Source of the DNA: Epiperipatus broadwayi
Taxonomy: Eukaryota > Animalia > Onychophora
NCBI GenBank assembly: GCA_028023455.1
Contig: JAQFVV010000009.1
Span: forward strand, 6,138,001 to 6,202,000
DNA: 64,000 nt
Direction: 5' to 3'
Below are positions 60,121-64,000 of this stretch, piece by piece; positions within the stretch are counted from its first letter, which is position 1; each line of letters opens with the position of its first letter. The translations under genes were made by a program, and so were the position numbers. The notes beneath the pieces are model-generated. The model was not told the origin of the DNA, did not search any database, and worked only from the letters and a program-made list of their open reading frames with translations.

Positions 60121-61649
60121 TAAAAACTTTGGTTTAATATTTAATGTTTAAAAACTCAAGTTTTTTATCAATTTGAAAATGTAAATTAATTTAAATATCT
60201 TAGTAGTTTTGTAAGTATAAATGCATATTTAGATGTTGAGATAGAGCACACATTTCAACATGTTACTACTGTTTTTAGGAAATTAAAGCATAAGGTATTT
60301 CAAAACAGGAAAATAATTACTACAGTTAAATTAGCCATATATAGAACTGCTATTTTACTTAATTTATTGTGTAGAAGTGAAACTTGAATATCTATCTATC
60401 AATGCAACATAAAGGCATCAAAAAAGTTCCATATAATATATTCCTAACAATCATTGCAAAAGCTTATTGTGTTTTGGGAATTGCAATGATGCTACTATTA
60501 CTTCAACTTTTTTTCACTATTTTGCTTTATCAGTAATATTAGTTTGCCAGTATGCTGAGTGCAGAAATCATTAATTAAAATTATTAGTTTTTAAAAAAAT
60601 CTGAAGATGGTCAGTATTGTACAGATGTATGTAAATTTTCTGCATAAAATAAAGTCTGACAATGACTGACTGACAGCATCACTAATTGCCTCAAGGCAAT
60701 TCTGAGTATGTTTTGTTTAGTATTTTGAAAAGAAAAATTGTAATTTTCAGTGATTTATTTATATATTTAAGCTCATTTATGCAACATATTTATAAATATT
60801 TATTTTAAATTTAAAAATATTTGACTACAATTAGAATTTAACTGAAAATGTTTGTTTTTAAAAGGACTAGTCTTAAAATTTATTTATGTTAAAAGTGGTT
60901 ATTGTTTTTACTGACTAACAATAATTATTTTGTAAATACTGATGAAGAAATGTTTTGAGAATTTTAATAACATTTAGTGCAGTTTTTACTTTTAAACTAT
61001 ATTTTGATTCTTTTATAATGTCTTGACTAAAATTTAATTCTAGTTTAATAATGGAATTCAAAATAAGTATTTCATTCAATAATTTTTTTATGAATAGGCA
61101 AGGTTATGAGCTAGTAAGAAAAAGAGCTATTGTTATTATTACATATTTAGTACTTTATTTTTCTATTTTATGGAGTTCAAATAATGTCTTCCAATTGTAA
61201 GCTTATAATTCATAATGAATAATGCAAAGGTTATCAATATATGATGTAGAATAAAAGTTTGATTGTAAAAATAAAATGATGCAAAAATGACCAAAGTTCT
61301 CACTAGGTCTTTCAAAAAAGAGAGGCAAGAGTTGATAGTGAATGAATTAAAAATGCTATAAAATTGTAAAAATACAATTGGCAGAATTATAAAACCAATT
61401 AATAGTTTTCTTCAACTTGTCAGATGTGATATTATGCAATCCATTATTGTAAAATTATACCATCATTGGTGTAACAAAATGGTTCTTATTCTGTATCATA
61501 TATATATAACTCTACATACATACATGTAATTATAATGCAATAGTTTATAAAAATAATTCTGTATTTTTACTGTAGTTCTATAAGACAATTAATCAGGTTT
61601 CAGTGAAACTGAAACCAGTCACCATATTCGAAGTAATACAATTAATATC

Positions 61650-62760
61650 ATTAATAGTATGTGCAAAAGTAATATTATATGAAGGCTGTCCATCTCTCAC
61701 ATAAAGTGTTGAATAGTCTAGACTTTGTTGAACTGGTTTTAATAAAATTAACAGCTTTTACAGATTGTCTGACCATCCCTTCAATTATTGTGACAGAGAT
61801 TTGGCTGCAATGCTTTGTCTGTGTATCCAGTAATGATTTCAAGCTACATGGGGAGCAATTCCTTTGATATGGCCACATAAGGCTGTATAATAGGCAGACA
61901 TAGATTATTCATACAAACACCACAACATTTGATCCAATCAATTTTTTTTACAAAAATGATCCTGAATAACATTAAATATGGTCTCACCTGTGCATCTTTC
62001 TGAAAGGAGATAGAACAATAAAAGATTTTTCCTCAAGAACTTTATCATTTAAATATCTTGCAATAATAAGTAAAATTGGCAAAGTGGAAACATTAATGTT
62101 TTCATCCATCTGTATAGAAAAATGAGATCTTTTTTTATTCTGTCAATTACTGTTGATTCAATGTCATCAGATAGTTTCTTAATTTTCTGAGAATTTTTAT
62201 TATTTGAGAATGGAATATTGTTAATTTTTCAGATATGGATATCACCAAACATACATTAAACAGCATAATCGATATATGAAGATATCAAATTTTCAGCAAT
62301 TGTATGACTTGTTCCTGCTTTTAGCAATACACGTTTTCATTGTCTTTGTTTACAAATAGCACAAAAGAAGTTAGATTCAGGCTGTCATCTTTTTCTACAT
62401 ATATTGGATGTTTTGCCTATATATGGCACATTAATAAAGATGGTCTCATGGTACTGTTAGATAACATCTCCACAAACAATGCACCATGGTTTTGGATAGT
62501 TGGCATCTTCCATGATTGAAAATCAATATTTCAAGTATTCACCAGAATATTTCTACTTTTTAGGTGAAGCATTGATGTTTTAAACTTTTTTAATAATGCT
62601 AACTTTATCTTTTCCCATAATGGGCCTACAAATCACTACACACTTATCAGGTCCTTCTAAATCACCATGATACTTCAAAGTTCTTACTGATGACTCAACA
62701 GATTGACTTTCAAAGTTAGTTGTAGCTCTTTTAAGAGTTCTCATTTTCAGCCACATTCAT
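61650..62760 (-). pseudogene. hAT (Buster/Charlie-like) transposase remnant
   Basis: KYSGEYLKY..PKPWCIVCG..LSNSTMRPS (BED finger), HTIAENLI, IPFSN, FSIQMDE, TGETIF, VKAVNFIK...SRLFNTLCE, EMDSLH..LLLH. Confidence 0.9.
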
Positions 62761-63619
62761 TTTAGGACACAAAATAATATTTAAAAAAATTACTTGAAAA
62801 TTTTAAAAAAAAAAGTTAATTAAGCACTTAAATCATGTGGAATTTAATTGAAAAATAAAATTAATTACCTGCTTTTAATTGTTCTTTAAAAAAAATTTGC
62901 AGAAAAGAAGAGATTACATGCGGGATCACGAAATATGATAATTAGCTAGTGACACCCAATTATTAATAAATTATTAGGAACATATCTTTTTTTTACTTCC
63001 TAAGCAAGCTATTACACTTACAGTACAGATAAATAATATATAGATGTCTCATCTCAATATAAGAAAATGTGGATGATTTTGAAAGCTCTCATTTGAAAAA
63101 TCATTATTAAAATTTTTTAATTTGAATTGAAAAAAGCCCTTGTAAAGCCTTTATACTTTGAAAATTTTCAAATTATTTTATATAATTATTTGAAAGCTTA
63201 CAGCCATTTGAGAAAAAAATTGAAAGTATAAATGGCTGTGTACAGCAATTTGAAAGTTTTCAAATTTTTTTGCGGTTTGAAGAGAATGTTGAAGACCTTG
63301 CAAATAGTTCAACAATAATTTGAAAATTTAAAGGTTATTTCAAATAATTTGATAGTTTGTTCACCATTTATCAAGCTTGTGTAGTGTTCACATCACGGAA
63401 AAAAATTTTGGTTGAATTTATTAAAAGTAAAAAGTGAAAAATGAATTATTCAAATGAAAATATTGTCTTTGCAAAGAATTAATCAAAATATATTAATGTT
63501 TTATTTGTTTGTGGGACATTAAGTCTGACAAATATAAAAATAAAATTTTAAAAGATGAGATTATATAAATTTATTGGAAATACAAATTATTTTATACATT
63601 ATAATTTATGTATCCAACA

Positions 63620-63800
63620 GAAAAATTAAGACAAAATTATCCCCTGGAAATGAAAAAGTCAATAATGCATGTTAAAAATTGGCATAATGATTTGAAAATT
63701 AAAATAGAGATTCTAGACTCAAAAAATCATAAATGAATGAATTAGTATCTCATTGGTAATTGCTAGATAGTTTTCCAAAGTACTAAAATTTACTCGAAAG
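63620..63800 (+). pseudogene. Possible LINE RT N-terminal fragment
   Basis: KTKLSPGNEKVNNAC*KL resembles the KxxKSPGxDxIxNxxLK motif; little else is recognisable. Confidence 0.3.
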
Positions 63801-64000
63801 AAATTAGTTACAAAAGAGAATTTGAAGAAAAACTAATTGAAGGAATTGGGGATCAACTTGGGGAAATAAAGTTTCATTCGAAATATTGAAGCAGATGATC
63901 TGATGCTCAGATCCTGCTTCGCAGCCCACATCCAATCTCCTACCATCTAACTGTATTCAAACCCACCTTTACACATGTATATACATAGCTAATAATATAT

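Noticed and set aside
60595-60660. CTGAAGATGGTC start typical of PLE hammerheads
   Set aside because: The complementary GACC-GAAA half is absent.
63889-63922. Small interrupted hairpin GAAGCAG..ATCTGA/TCAGAT..CTGCTTC
   Set aside because: Short, single and near the window edge; no family or function assignable.

Overview
Very AT-rich (roughly three-quarters A+T by eye), CpG-poor eukaryotic DNA, most likely intronic or intergenic sequence of an invertebrate animal. There is no intact protein-coding gene, rRNA, functional tRNA or CRISPR array. The window is mostly decayed mobile elements: about eight Penelope-like element (PLE; RT + C-terminal GIY-YIG) remnants, one RT-less Gypsy-type LTR element, several LINE RT fragments, three hAT MITEs and a hAT (Buster/Charlie-like) transposase relic. 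The main signal is a dense set of minimal type-I hammerhead ribozyme (HHR) motifs, about 20 intact or degenerate copies read by eye. They sit in three non-coding ~410-480 nt tandem-unit families (called A, B, D here; retrozyme-like) and in the pseudo-LTRs of three RT/EN-encoding PLE families. Most of these insertions are tail-out fold-backs, and the clearest non-coding ones have 7-18 bp target-site duplications (TSDs). One PLE family carries a tRNA-like Pol III head just upstream of its ribozyme. Two others have the U3-A8 core variant. All structures were read manually; no alignment, folding or database search was run.
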